This document shows positions 49,301 through 63,152 of a stretch of DNA of 64,000 bases, one piece after another; within the stretch, counting starts at the first letter, position 1, and the number at the start of each line of letters is the position of its first letter. Source of the stretch: Mobula hypostoma (Eukaryota); assembly GCF_963921235.1 (NCBI RefSeq), contig NC_086097.1:140740001-140804000 (forward strand), written 5' to 3'. The position numbers and the translations under genes are program-made. Below the pieces are notes generated by a model. That model ran no database searches. It was not told the origin of the DNA and saw only the letters and a list, made by a program, of their open reading frames with translations.

Positions 49301-52300
49301 CTAATCCACAGGAACTGATCCTGAATCTATAGAACATTGGAAAATGATTACCAATGCGTCCATGATTTCTAAAGCTACCTCCTTAAGTACCCTGGGATGC
49401 AGACCACCTGGTCCCGGGGACTTATCAGCCTTCAGACCCAACAGTCTGTCCAATACTATTTTTTGCTTAATATAAATTTCCTTCACATCATCCATTACTC
49501 TAGGTCCTTTGGCCACTATTACATCTGGGTGTTATGGTCCGGATCGGTGTCCCTTTAAATTTAGCTTGTTTATTTTCCGATCCGGACCGTTGATTCCCTG
49601 TTTTCCCGTGTCCCTCGACTTTGGTGATTAGAGGCAATTAACACTCGGCTGAACCGGCAGTTTATAGTCTCCTGCTTTCAGCCGTTCGGTGTGGGAGCGT
49701 TTGTAAAGTTACCAAGGTACAGCGTGTCAGTGTCATCTGGCTGGAGCAAGCCTAGTATCCGCCCGAAGTGAGTGCCGGTAATGCGCCTTTTCTCACCGGA
49801 GCAACCTTGTCAAGTTACCTCGCCAAAGCGAGCCTGCAAAGTTTCCTTACCGAGGTAGGTACGTCAGTTAACCCGCCGGAGGGAATCAAGAACCGCTGTC
49901 TACTGCTCCCGGGCCGAGTCGGGAGCTCGCCACTACCCGGAGGCTCCATGTCAAGTCCTGGCCCTGGCGGCGTTCAGGTGCCATGTCAAGTCCTGTCCCT
50001 GGTGGCGTCCCAGTTCTGAGTCTAGTCCTGGCCCTGGCGGTCTGTGATTCCTATCCTACCCCCTTGTCTGAATCCCTTCTCTGCCCCTCTCGCCTCTAGC
50101 CCTTGTCTGCAACCCCCGCTTGCACTTTGGTCTAGTTCCATCACTGGAGCTAGATAGGTACTGTCTGGTGTTCATTCGTGTTGGTCTTGTCTTGTCCTTG
50201 CTTCCGTGGGGTAAGTGAGGCCGTCTTGCTGTTGCCCCGTGGAGGGTCATGAGTCCCGGCCCTATGTCCTGTACCCAAGGAGGGGTCCTGGCTCTGTTCT
50301 GTGTGTGAGTCCCGACCCCATGTCCTGTACCCAAGGAGGGGTCCTGGCTCTTTGTTCTATGTATGTGTCCATGGTTCCATGTACATGCTCTCCTGAGACT
50401 GAGGCTCTGTTTTCCATGTTCCTCTTCTCTCTAGCCCATGTCATGTCCATGCCTGGTTCTGGGGTCTAAGCCCGAGGCAAGCCCCATGTACTGGGTCCTT
50501 GCCCAGTCTCGGGCTCGGTGTCCATACCCTAGCCTCTTCATGCCTCCTCTAGTTCTGGGAGCCGATTCTGAGTCCAAGTCCAGACCCTTGGTTCCAGCCT
50601 AGACGTAGACCTGAGTCCTTATCCTGTTCGCTACTCCTGCTGCTGCCCAGCTCTCCTGATATTGAACAATAAACTAAATCTAAGTAACCTCACAAGATGT
50701 GTCTTGCATTTGGGTCCAGCCTTACTCCCAATGCCCCAGCCATTGTGACATTAGGAGATTGTTTGTGTCTTCCCTAGTGAAGACAGATCTAAAGTACCTG
50801 TTCAACTCGTCTGCCATTTCTTTGTTCCCCATAATAAATTCACCCGCTTCTGTCTTCAAGGGCCCAATTTTGGTCTTGACTATTTTTTTTCTTTCAACAT
50901 ACCGGTTGCAGGAAGGCAACAGAAAGGAGATTATAGACCAGTTAGCCCGAGCTCAGTGGTTGGGAAGATGTTAAGGATGAGGTGATGGAGTAATTGGTAA
51001 CACAGGACAAGATAGTACAAAGTCAGCATGGGTTTCTTCAGGGAAAATCATGCCTGACGAACCTGTTGGAATTCTTGGAGGACATTACAGGTAGGATAGA
51101 TAAAAGGGATGCAGTGGTTGTTGTATATTTGGACTTTCAGGAGGCCTTTGACAAAGTGCCACACATGAGGCTGCTTACCAAGTTAAGAGCCCAAGTTATT
51201 ACAGGAAAGTTACTAACATGGTTAGAGCATTGGCTGATTGGTAGGAGGCAGCGAGAGGGAATGAAATGATCCTTTTCTGGTTGGCTGCCAGTGACTAGTG
51301 GTGTTCCGCAGGGGTGAGTGTTGGGATTGCCTTTTATGCTGTATATAAACGATTTAGATGATGGAATAGGTGGCTTTGTTGCCAAGTTTAGTTGATACAA
51401 AGATCGTAGGACAGGCAGGTAGTGTTGAGGAAACAGGTAGGATGAGAAGGACTTAGACAGATTAGGAGAATGGGCAAAAAGTGGCAAATGAAATGTAATG
51501 TTGGAACATGCATGGTCATGCACTTTGGTAGTAGAAATAAATGTGCGGACTATTTTCTTATTGGGGAGAAAATCCAAAAATCTGAGATGCAAAGGGACTT
51601 GGGAGTCCTTGTGCAGAACACCCTAAAGGTTAACTTGCAGGCTGAGTCGGTGGTGAGGAAGGCAAATGCCATGTTAGCATTTGTATCAAGAAGTCTAGAA
51701 TACAAGAATAAGGATGTGATGCTGAGGCTTTATAAGGCACTGGTGAGGCCTCACCTTGAGTATTGTGAACAGTTTGGGGCCCCTCATCTTGGAAAAGATG
51801 TGCTGGCATTGGAGAGGGTCCAGAGGAGGTTCACAGGGATGATTCCAGGAATGAAAGGGTTATCATACAAGGAAAGTTTGATAGTTCTGCTTCTGTACTC
51901 GCTGAAAGACAAAGATGAGGGGGGATCTTATTGAAACCTTTCGAATGTTGAAAGGCTTAGACAGAGTAGATGTGGAAAGGATGTTTCCCAAGGTGGGAGA
52001 ATCTAGGACAAGAGGACACAGCCTCAGGATAGACGTGCGACCTTTCAAGACAGTGATGCAGTGAGATTTCATTAACCAAAAGGTGGTGAATTTGTGGAAT
52101 TTGTTGCCACATGCAGTTGTGAAGGCCAGGTCGTTAGGTGTATTTAAGGCAGAGATTGACAGGTTCGTAATTGGACATGGCATGAAAGGTTACTGGAAGA
52201 AGGCCGGGAAATGGGATTCAGGAGGAGATTTAAAAAAAGGATCTGCCATGATTGAATGGTGGGGCAGACTCAATGGTTAGATGGCCTAATTCTGCTCCCA

Positions 52301-52320
52301 TGTCTTATGGTTATGGCCTA
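46386..52320 (+). mobile_element. CR1 LINE (+) with a nested CR1 (-) at about 47840-50900
   Basis: Host endonuclease at 46500-47300 and RT at 50900-52300. The nested copy starts with a (GACAATA)n tail. The whole block is absent from the paralogue near 23020. Confidence 0.82.
49530..50750 (+). mobile_element. Solo LTR, family A, 1221 bp, with internal tandem duplications
   Basis: TGTTA...TGACA termini, degenerate TSD CTGGG/TTAGG. The host CR1 resumes afterwards. Confidence 0.8.
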
Positions 52321-55069
52321 AAATGTTTTAAATCAGTCCAATTCATTTATGATATGAGAATAATAATTGACATGTTAGAGGTTAATAGCAAAGAACATAT
52401 CATCAACAATATAGCAAACAACAAATGATATAGTAAACAACAAACAGTACTAAGGTGAGAAAATATGAGATGGCAGAAATTATTCATGCCATATCAATTC
52501 TATCTGTGGAATGTGACAAGTTAGCAGCGGGAAGACATTCAAAGATGTCTACTGCATTGTAGTTAGTCTGATGTCTTATGGATAGCATTTCCTGCAGTAT
52601 GAAAGGACACACATACAGAGGGTAGATGATACTACATAGGCACCTGGAAATACAGTTGTGCAATTGTTACCAGTGTTATTTGCACTGAAATAATCTGCAA
52701 ATTGCTGCAGATCACTGAGGCTAATTTATAATTATCAGAATGCAGGTTAGCTGTATTTGTAGGATAGCCGCAGTTCATAATCCCTTGACTTTTATTTTTG
52801 CAGAATTACCTGATGTTGCAAAGAATTTGATTAGGTTCCAAGAGATTGCCTTTCGATTAAAATTTGAGTGATTATACCTTGTTTTTCGTTTCTTCATGGA
52901 GTAATATCTTTTCAGTGTAGCTGATTTCATCTTTACGGCGCTAATGAACACGCACAAGAAAATGTGCCACAGTTTGAAACTAGAAGTGGTAATTTTATGT
53001 TATGTAGGCTCAGCCTGCAAAATCCATATTCCTTGGATGAATGAAACAATCCATGACTAAATTTCGCTCAAAAAGCAATTATCTCTCATTTCCCGAAACT
53101 TTTTAATCTTACCCCAACAACGTCTATTAATAAAATACTGTACTTACAAAAACACCAATAAACACAGGCATTACCAGACAGAAAAATAGGGAATTGAGGC
53201 ATCCAATTTTGATGAAAATTATAGGTCTTGATGACTGTCCCAAGGGAAGGAGGGTAGGTGGCAAAGCAGGGAGGGTCAGGATGGCGTTCTTGTGTTTAGG
53301 AGTCCACTATTTGAAGGGTACCATTTGTTCAGTAATTAATTTCAAGGATTAACAAGATCAAGAAACGTGGGAACTAGTTATACTAAAACTGCAGATAAAA
53401 AGGCAATAGAGAAATTTGAAAATTAGATTGAAAATCTTAAACCAGACGCCGTTCATCATTTGTCTTCATCAGTAAAAGGATGCAGCGAAGGATCAACGTG
53501 TAGGAGAACTCGATGGTTAATTCACTCTTACCTTAAAACTGTGAACTTCGGTTTTCTGCATCTCAGCTACCAGGGTTAGTTTCTTACCGTCTACCCTGCC
53601 CACGACCCTCTTAGCTCTGTTTATCGCGGTTTCCCCAGAATCCAGACGCTCCAGTGGCTTCTGATCACGGAAATTCTCCACCACAGGCAACATTGTGATG
53701 AATGTCCTCTGCACCCTCTCTCGCGCAGTCGCATTCTCCGCATAGTTAGTAACCAGAACAGAACACAGCACTCCATCTTTGGCCATATAAACGTAAAATT
53801 GTGTCGTAGACTAGCTGTTCTTATATTCCAAGCCCTGGCTAACAAATGCACATATTTCGCATGCCATCGTCTCCGCCCTGTCTGCCGGTGATTCTACCTT
53901 TAGGTATTCAAAGCTCGGTTCGTCACATTCTCTGGGGCACGAACGTGCAATGTGTATGATTTGGCCTTATTAGTCCTCCCATAAATGTCTCCAAACACAC
54001 TTATCAGGATTAAATTGCATTTGCCAATGTTCTTGCCGTCTTCCCAACTGATCGCTATCGTCTTGCACACGAGATTTCTTTGTGACAACCCTGGGTACTT
54101 TCTTTGATGGAGGGTAAATTGATACATTCGGAAAATCGAACACAGGTGAAAACTAATCAACCCAACAGTGTACACATAGAAGGCGTTGGAAGGACGAATT
54201 CTGGTCCATAAATGCGATGGATGCACGTAATCAATTAATGTTTAAATCAGGTATTGACGGACCCATCTCAACCAAAGTCATTAAAGAATATATAATTGGG
54301 TCCAAAAGCGGTTGGGTTTGGTTTTCTGGATATCTTTGGCTGTATGTGGTTGTTTTAAAATTATGCATTTTCAAAGATAATTCGTTTTAAAGTGTTCTCT
54401 GTTTTCACATCGGGAAATTCTGTGTATTTTCTAGTGGGATGCTTTCATGGAAATCTAACGAACTACCCAAACAATAAAACACTAAAGTGACGGGAAGTGT
54501 GGGCGTGTGGAGCAATAACAAGCGACGTGCTGAAGCCACGCGGTCAGATAGCATCAGTAGGGAAGGAGCTCATTGACGTTTCTGCATCGGGATCCTACAA
54601 TAGGAAACCCTCTTCCCTCTCCCACCCCGATAGATTCATGATTGCACGAGCGGCGTGCGGGTGAAGCGGCGGGAGCGGCGCATGGGGGTGGGCAGTGTGG
54701 TTGGTGTCCAGCATTCCCTGTCCCAGAACAGGAGCCAAGTTCGGAAGTGAACCGCATTCTACACATTTTAATAAGCAGTAACTGGGAAAGACCGCAACCA
54801 CCAGTGCGCGCAGGGCAGACTAAACTGGAAATTTTAACTTTCCTGCGGCGATTCGGTTCCAGTGACAACACAAACGCTGCATTAAAACCACGTGACTAGA
54901 GGCCGGCGGTAAACGAGCCGCTGTTTCCGGTACCATTGTGCTATGATTCATAGTAAAAGGAATTCTTCAACTCTCGCCGATTTAAAAAATAGTAATAGTT
55001 AAAAACGAGGTCCGTTAAAAACTGATGTCTACTATAAGCCTACTGACTCTCACAGCTGTCTGGACTATT

Positions 55070-56345
55070 TCTCTTCTCACCCTGTCTCTTGCAAAAACGC
55101 CATCCCCTTCTCGCAATTCCTCCGTCTCCGCCGCATCTGCTCTCAGGATGAGGCTTTTCATTCAAGGACGAGGGAGATGTCTTCCGTTTTTAAAGAAAGG
55201 GGCTTCCCTTCCTCCACTATCAACTCTGCTCTAAAACGCATCTCCCCCATTTCACGTACATCTGCTCTCACTCCATCCTCCCACCACCCCACTAGGAATA
55301 GGGTTCCCCTGGTCCTCACCTACCACTCCACCAGCCTCCGCGTCCAACATATTATTCTTCATAACTTCCGCCACCTCCAACGGGATCCCACCACTAAGCA
55401 CATCTTCCCCCCCCCCCGCCCCCTGCATTCCGCAGGGATCGCTCTCTACGCAACTCCCTTGTCCATTCGTCCCCACCCATCCCTCCCCACTGATCTCCCT
55501 CCTGGCACTTATCCGTGTAAGCGGAACAAGTGCTACACATGCCCTTACACTTCCTCCCTTACCACCATTCAGGGCCCCAAACAGTTCTTCCAGGTGTTGG
55601 CAACACATCACCTGTGAATCGACTGGGGTGATATACTGCGTCCGGTGCTCCCGATGTGGCCTTTTATATGTTGGCGAGACCCGACGCAGACTGGGAGACC
55701 GCTTTGCTGAACATCTACGCTCTGTCGCCAGAGAAAGCAAGATCTCCCAGTGGCCACACATTTTAATTCCACATCTCATTCCCATTCTGACATGTCTATC
55801 CACGGCCTCCTCTGCTGTAAAGATGAAGCCACACTCAGGTTGGAGGAAAAACACCTTATATTCCGTCTGGGTAGCCTCCAACCTGATGGCATGAACATCG
55901 ACTTCTCTAACTTCCGCTCGGCCCCACCTCCCCCTCGTACCCCATCTGTTACTTATTTTTATGCACACATTCTTTCTCTCACTCTCCTTTTTCTCCCTCT
56001 GTCCCTCTGAATATACCTCTTGCCCTTCCTCTGCCCCCCCCCCGTCTTTCTTCCCGGACCTCCTGTCCCATGATCCTCTCGTATCCCCTTTTGCCTATCA
56101 CCTGTCCAGCTCTTGGCTCTATCCCTCCCCCTCCTGTCTTCTCCTATCATTTTGGATCTCCCCCTCCCCCTCCAACTTTCAAATCCCTTACTCACTCTTC
56201 CTTCAGTTAGTCCTGACGAAGGGTCTCGACCTGAAACGTCGACTGCACCTCCTCCTACAGATGCTGCCTGGCCTGCTGCGTTCACCAGCAATTTTGATGT
56301 GTGTTGCTTGAATTTCCAGCATCTGTAGAATTCCTGTTGTTTGTT
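55070..56345 (+). mobile_element. Penelope-like element 3' half (GIY-YIG endonuclease)
   Basis: FKERGFP..RVPLVLTYH..YPCKRNKCYTC and IYCVRCSRCGLLYVGETRRRLGDRFAEH. Confidence 0.88.
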
Positions 56346-57654
56346 GTGTCCGTTTTAAATCACGGTTTGTTCCGTCGGTCATCCCCCTCGACCGCCTGAA
56401 GATGAGTTGAAAGTATATGGGTGGACTGAGGGATTTCTCCGCCGTTCCGTACCGATCCCCGCAGTCGGCCAGCTGTTAGTCGTCACTCGGCGGTTGTGGG
56501 AATGCGATGCAACAACAGCGCTGAGGCAGACTAGTCGTCATCTTGACGAATAGTTAGGATGGAAGGGTGGGATAGCCTGCTTCTATTGCCACCTCCTCCA
56601 AAGAAACCGGGCGCGGGAGAGGGGTCGGTTAGCACAAGTAGCCTACAACAAGTAACGGATTACTCGACCGTGGCCTTGTTCAGCCAGTTCTTACATCTGT
56701 TCGTTTGTACCTCTCAGCAAAAAGGGCGGAGTGAAAGGATGTGGAGGCTCCCCGAAGGCTTTTTCAATCGGTCGGTTTAAAATAAGGATTTTTAAAATTG
56801 GAATATTAATACACATTCCACCATGCATACTAATTAGACAGGTCCCAATCATGCTTACGTCATTGAAGGCCTTTATTCTGACTGGGGCTTTGGTCGCTGA
56901 CACAGTTCGCCAATGTCCTTTATCCTGGGCCAGTCTTTCAAGTTGTCCCAAGGTGTAGCCCATCTCTTTCGGGTATTCTTCCTCTTCCGGGAGCTTCTTT
57001 TGGCCTTTCTGTAGTTCTGACGTTTTACGTGATGGGGTTGCTAATCCCACACCCACGCATCCCCCTTTCGCTGCCGGGCTTGGGTCAGTCCATGGCGGAG
57101 TTAGATCCGGATCATGCATTAGTGTTATTGGGAGACCAGCACCAGCTCTGATGCAGTAATTGAAATAATAAAGTTAAATAATTAATGTAACTGTTTCCAC
57201 TACGTACTTTCATTCACACTTTGGGATTCAGGTGTCCTTGTCGAAGTCAGCGTTACAGTCCATTCTGGACATTATATAAATGGGAACATAAACAGTTGTG
57301 CTTCCTGAACCCTTCCGTTCTGTAGGAGTAACATAACCTGGTGCATTTTGTAGATTTCTGCACCCACAGGGAGACTTCGAGCGATTGAAGTTTCAGGTGG
57401 TTGATAGGTGTCAGTCAAAAGGATCACTTTCTCCCCGAGACTGAGAGCTGTTGAAGCTGCGCTAGCCAGACAGGTGGAGAGCATTCCATCACACTTGTGT
57501 GCCCGAAGGCCTATTTCTGCTCTGTATAACTCTTTATCATGTGTCTTGCCGATGGTGGGAGTGCTTCGGCACGTCACAAATAACCTCTACTACCCGCATA
57601 GGAAAGGTCATTACTCTGAAGCAATCTGACCCGAAGCGAAAACTCTTTTTATCT

Positions 57655-58075
57655 TAACACGAGGAATTCTGCAGATGTTTGAAATCCAGAGCAACACACA
57701 CACACACACCCACACACACACACACACACACACAAACAATGCTGGAGGACCTTGGCAGTTCAGATAGCATCTATGAAAATGAGTAAACAGTTGACTTATC
57801 GAGCCGAGGCTCTTCTTCACGATTGGAAAGGAAGGGGGAAGACTACAGACAGAATAAAAAAGATGGGAGGGGAAGATATAGAGGATGGCTAGCAGGTGAT
57901 AGGTGAAGCCAAGTAGGTAGGAAAGGTAAACGGCGGGGCAAGAAGGAATCTCATATGGGAATAGTGTGGACCACAGGAGGCAGGGAAGAAGAAGGGGACC
58001 CAGGGTGTTGTTCCTCCACCCTAAGGGACGGCTCATCGTTGCACAAGAGGAAGTCATACAGCGACATCTCAAGTT
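57655..58075 (-). mobile_element. Penelope tail with a (CA)n expansion at about 57695-57735
   Basis: Reverse Penelope terminus AACACGAGGAATTCTGCAGATG. Confidence 0.65.
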
Positions 58076-58099
58076 AATGTTGGATCTCAACAGTGGTTA

Positions 58100-59900
58100 T
58101 TTGCAGAATACCTACTGCATGGCTTTTTAAGGCAGCACATAGTTGAACCCTCCAGGGGATCAGTTTTTTCTGGATTGGGTGTGGTGCAATGAACAGGAAT
58201 TGATCAAAGATCCTAAGGTAAAGGAACTCATAGGAGCCTGTAATTATAACATCCCCCAATTTGAGTGGGAGAACCCAAGGTCAAGGTAATGGCAGATGAA
58301 TCGAATAAGTATTTTTAACCAGTCTTCACTTTGAAAGACACTAGCAGCACAAGTGAATGAATTTGCCATAACTAGGGAGAAGGTGCTGAGGAAATTGAAA
58401 GTCTAAAGGTAGGTAAATCACCTGGACCAGATGATCTACACCCAGGGTTCTGAACGAGGTGGCTGAAGTCATTGAATTAGAAATGATCTTTCAAGAATCA
58501 ATAGATTCTGACATGGTTCTAGAGGACTGGCAAATGGCAAACAGCACTTCGCTCTTCAAAAAAGGAGAAAAACAGAAGAAAGAAAATCATAGGTCAGTTA
58601 GTCTGGCCTCAGTGGTACAGACGTTGTTGGAGTCGATTGTTAAGGATGTGCATTCGAAGTACTTGAAGGCACATGTTAAAATAGGCAGGGTGAGTTCCCT
58701 ACGAGAAAACCTTGTGTGATAAAACTATTGGAAATCTTGGAAGAAATAACAAGCAGGATAGACAAATGGGAATCGATGGATGAAGTGTACTTGGATTTTC
58801 AGAAGGCCTTCGACAAAGTGCTGCACATCAGGCTGCTAAACAAGTTAAAAGCTGCTGATATTATAGGAAAGATACTAGCACGAATAGAGCATTGGCTGAT
58901 TGGTAGGAGGCAAAGAGTGGGAATAAGGGGAGACTTTCCTGGTTGGCTGACAATGATAAATGTTGTTCGACAATGGTCTGTGTTGGAACCATTTCTGTTT
59001 ACGTTCTATGTCAATGATTTGAATGACGGAATTGATGGCATGGTGGGAGAGCTTGTGGACAATGGGAAGATAGATGGAGTGGCAGGTAGGGTTGAGGAAA
59101 CAGGAAGGTAGCAGAACGTCTTAGGCAGATTAGAAGAACAGCCAAAGAAACGGCAGATGGAATTCAGTGTCAGGGAAATGTACAGTCATGCACTTTGATA
59201 GAAGATATAAAAGCGTGGACTATTTTGAAATGGAGAGAAAATTTAAAACTGGTTAATTTGCAAATTGAATCTTTCGCGAGGAAGGCAAATGCAATGTTTG
59301 CATTCATTTTAAGGGGTCTACAATGCAAAAGCAGGGAAGTGATCTTGAGCTTTAAAAGGAACTAGTAAGGATCACTTCGAGTATTGTAAGCAGTTTGGGC
59401 CCCTTATCAAAGAAAAGATATGTCGACATTGACGGGGGTTCAGAGGACGTTCACAGGAATAATTCTGGGAATGAAAGGGTTACCATTCGAGGACCGATTG
59501 ATGGATCTGGACCTATGTTCCCTGGAATTGACAAAAAGAGGGGTTATTTCATTGAAACCAACAAAATACGGAAAGGCCTCGATAGAGTGGATGTGGAGAG
59601 GTTGTTTCCAGTGGTGGAGGAATCTAGGACCAGAGGCCAGAGCCTCAGAAAGGAGGGCAGTCCATTTAGAATGGAGATGAGGAAGACATTATTTAGCCAA
59701 AGAGTGGTGAATCTGTAGAATTTACTGCCATCGGCGGCTTTGGAGTCCAGGTCGTTGGGTATATTTACGGCAGAGACTGATAGATTATTGATCACTCAGG
59801 GCATGAAGAGTTTTGGGGAGAAGGCAGGAGACTGGGGATGAGGGAAATGGATCAGACATGATGAAATGTGGGAACAAACTCGATGGGCCAAATAATCCTA
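58100..59900 (+). mobile_element. Degenerate CR1 LINE
   Basis: VYLDFQKAFDKV and other RT fragments, with a 3' tail near 59900. Confidence 0.8.
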
Positions 59901-61646
59901 TTCTGCTGCTCTTATGGAAGAGAAGGTGAATGGGCAGGAGTAGAACTTTTGTCGCTTGCAGTGATGAATACAGGGAGCGAGATTAGTCGGGAGGGGCGAA
60001 TGGGAACTACGGAGGGAGCGATCGCAGCGGAAAGCGGAGAGATGGCGGGGATTGCGGAGAGGTAAAGATATGTTTGATGGTAGGATCCCTTTGGAGATAG
60101 CTGACGCGGTGGAGAATAATGTGTTGAGCGTGGAGGCCCATGGGGTTGCAGGTAAAAACAAGAGAAACTCAGTCACTGTTTAGCCGATAGGAAAACGGGG
60201 TGAGCGGCGCTGTTAGGGAAATGGAGGTGATGTGCGTGAGACCAGCATCAATGGTGGAGGAAGGGAAACGACTTTTCAAAGACTAAAACGACCACTGTTC
60301 ATTCATTTGCTAAGATGCTGCCTGACCGGCTGAGTTTCTACAGATTCTTGTGTGTGTTTCTTCTGTTTATTTCTCCTGAGCAGCGTATTGATCTTGACTT
60401 AAATCAGAGCTTCCCAGTTCCTGGTGTTGGATTAGACTGTGCAATTTTTATTTCTTTGCAGTTTAACTTTGTTATGCCTGCTAGTATTTTACACAATTAC
60501 CTATGTGTGTGTAATTGTGCAGTGTGTACCCTAGTTGTTACAGTTATCTGTATTATTTTGGAATCATGTTGACTTATCACCTTCATTCCCGTCTCGTTCT
60601 TCTTCGTACTTAGACTTTTGCTACTCTCCGTCTCCAATTCCTTTATTCTCCTGGGGCTTATTGCAACGATCATGGCGGCACTCGTTTTATGCAATGATCA
60701 TGGAACCACATGTTTTATGCCTGGTTCTTAACCTCCGAAACAACAAAATCAGAATACAACTCTGCCGTCTCTCCACCAATAGTGACCATTTTAAAGCTGC
60801 GTAATTTTTGGACATTCATTGAAGGAGAAGTAAAAAAAGTAAAACATAGATAAGAGGAGTCACGAACAGTCATCCTAGTAGATAAGAACGTAAGAGCATA
60901 AGAAATGGGAGTAGGAGTAGGCCATCTGACTCGTGAACCCTGCTGCACCATTCGATAAAATCATGGCTGATCGGGCCGTGCACTCAGCTCCAGGTAGCTT
61001 CTTTTTTCTGCATAACCATGAATTCCCCTACAAATCAAAATTCTATTTCTGTATTAACTATATTTAACGAGGTATCCTCTACTGACTCACTGGACCAAAA
61101 ATTTCTCAGATTCACCACAGTAGCCCCATGCGAGTCTACCTCTTCACATAAGCTAACCCCTCATATTCGGAATTAACCTGGTAACCCGCCTTAGTATCGT
61201 CAACACAACAGAGACAGTATATCTCTTCTCAAGTGGCGAGATCCGAACTGAACGCAGTATTCCAGATGTGGCCTCACCAGTATCCCGTATAGTTGCTGTC
61301 CATGCTAATGCACGGCCCCCAACTCCATGCAGTCTTATCTATGGTTACGTCTTTTATGAGACACCTTATCGAACACTTTCTGGAAATCCAAAAATACACC
61401 ATCCGCCTATTCCCCTCTATCTCCTGCGCACGTCATATTCTCAAAGTACTCCAGAAAGTCAGCACGACCTGCCTTCCTGAATCCATGCTGTGTCTCCCTG
61501 ATGGAACTACGTTAGTGAAATAAATTCTTGCCTGGCTTCCAGCCGGGTACGATTGTCCATTATAACCGCTGACAAACTCTCCGTCGCCATCTAGGGAGGT
61601 TCGTGATGTCTCCAAACCCGAGGTAACAGTGTTCTTCATTAAACAG

Positions 61647-61919
61647 CTGGCTGTCTTTCCCAATCTGGGCTCCAGTGCAAGACATCCATCATCAAAGGGT
61701 TAGTCAAGATGGCTCGTTTTCGCTGCAGCATTAACACGGAAGGTATTGGCAACGCTGTTGTTCATTGGTATCGAGACTTAGGGAGCCCAGAGTTACACTG
61801 CATCCTCTATAACCAGGTAAACTCAGGGAGAGTTTGGGACGACGATTTCACAAGCCTGTTGGATATAAGTGATATCGGTAAGATGGACACGGCGTTTACT
61901 ACTGTGCGATCTGGGACAG
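61647..61919 (+). pseudogene. TRGV: TRGV pseudogene of a different family (psi-V3)
   Basis: Acceptor TTCTTCATTAAACAG, then GCLSQSGLQCKTSIIKGLVKMARFRC..VVHWYR..ILY..DTA, a 1-nt deletion, then YYCAIWDS. About 59 aa between the two Cys (short). No leader exon found upstream. Confidence 0.8.
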
Positions 61920-61958
61920 CACAGCGAAGCGGTACCACAGGAGCCCAGATCAAATACC
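61920..61958 (+). other. RSS of psi-V3 (23-bp spacer)
   Basis: CACAGCG (61920-61926), 23 nt, TCAAATACC (61950-61958). Confidence 0.8.
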
Positions 61959-62307
61959 CTGCGCCCAGGCGGGAGTGATTCCAGGTCGCGGCGGGTTGAA
62001 GCGGTAGACCCGCACAGGCTCAATGACACTTGGACACGTGATCAGCTGTTGGCTTTTGTGCCAGAGTGAGGGAGACCGGAGACACCGAAAACGCAGAATC
62101 TGGTCTCTGGAACAAAGAACTACCTGCAAGAGGACCTCAGCAGGTCAAGCAGCATTTGCCAGCGAAAGGAACTGTCGACATTTTGAGTCGAAACGCTGCA
62201 TCAAGACTCATTCCCCCTCCCTCTGCTCAACCCGCTCAGTTCGTCCAGCAGATTGTTTGGTCCTGGGAGAAACACTGAGATGTACTTTGCTGGGTACACC
62301 TACTTGG

Positions 62308-63152
62308 TGTCATGGTCCGGATCCGGGTCCCTTTAAATTTACTTTGCTTATGTTACAATCCGGACCGTTGACTCACTGTTTCCCTTTGGTTCCTTGTTTT
62401 CCCGTGTACCTCGGGCTTGGTGATTGGAGGCAATTTACTCTCGGCTGAACCGGCAGTTTATAGTCTCTGGCTGTCAGCCGTCCGGCGCGAGAGCGTTAAC
62501 GAAGTCACCGAAGGTAGTTGCGAGCCAATGTCACCTGGCCGGAGCCAACTTAAGTTCTTGCCGGAGCAAGTCTAGCCTCCTCCAGAAGCAAGTGCCAGCA
62601 GGCAGCCTTCCCTTGCCAGAGCAGATCAGTCAAAGTTAACCCGCCTGGGTTAGTCAAGAGCTCGCCGCTGCTTGGAGCGTACTTGGGGCCCAGTTATAGT
62701 ACTGTCCATCATTATGTGGTCTCCGTATCCATGTCCTGCGTCTAAAAGGGGTCCGGGCCCTGTACCCTGGAAGGTTCCTGACCCTGTGTCAAGTAGAGTC
62801 CTGACTCCGTCCTGTGTCTAAGGAGGATTCCCGGCTCAATGTTTTATGTCCTGTGTCTGAGACTGTCCCGTGAATAAGAGGAGTCCTTGGCTGGCCCTGG
62901 CGGCTCCAAGTCTCAAGTCCTGGCCCTGGCGGCTCCAAATCTCAAGTCCTGGCACTGGAGGTCCATGATTCCGAGTCATAGCCCAGACCCTTAGTCCCAG
63001 CCTAGTCCAAGGCCTGAGTCCTTGTCCAGTTCGCTATTCCTGCTTCTGCTTTGCTCTCCTTGTAACGAGCAATAAACTTAATTTAAGTTAACATCACAAG
63101 CTGTGTTTGTGTCTTGCCTTTGGGTCCGCTACCAACGCCCCCCACTATGACA
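62308..63152 (+). mobile_element. Solo LTR, family A, 845 bp
   Basis: TGTCA...TGACA with a perfect TSD CTTGG. Confidence 0.88.

Noticed and set aside
49930-50350. Short direct repeats resembling a CRISPR or minisatellite array (also 62880-62960)
   Set aside because: Internal tandem duplications of solo LTRs in eukaryotic DNA, with no unique spacers or cas genes.
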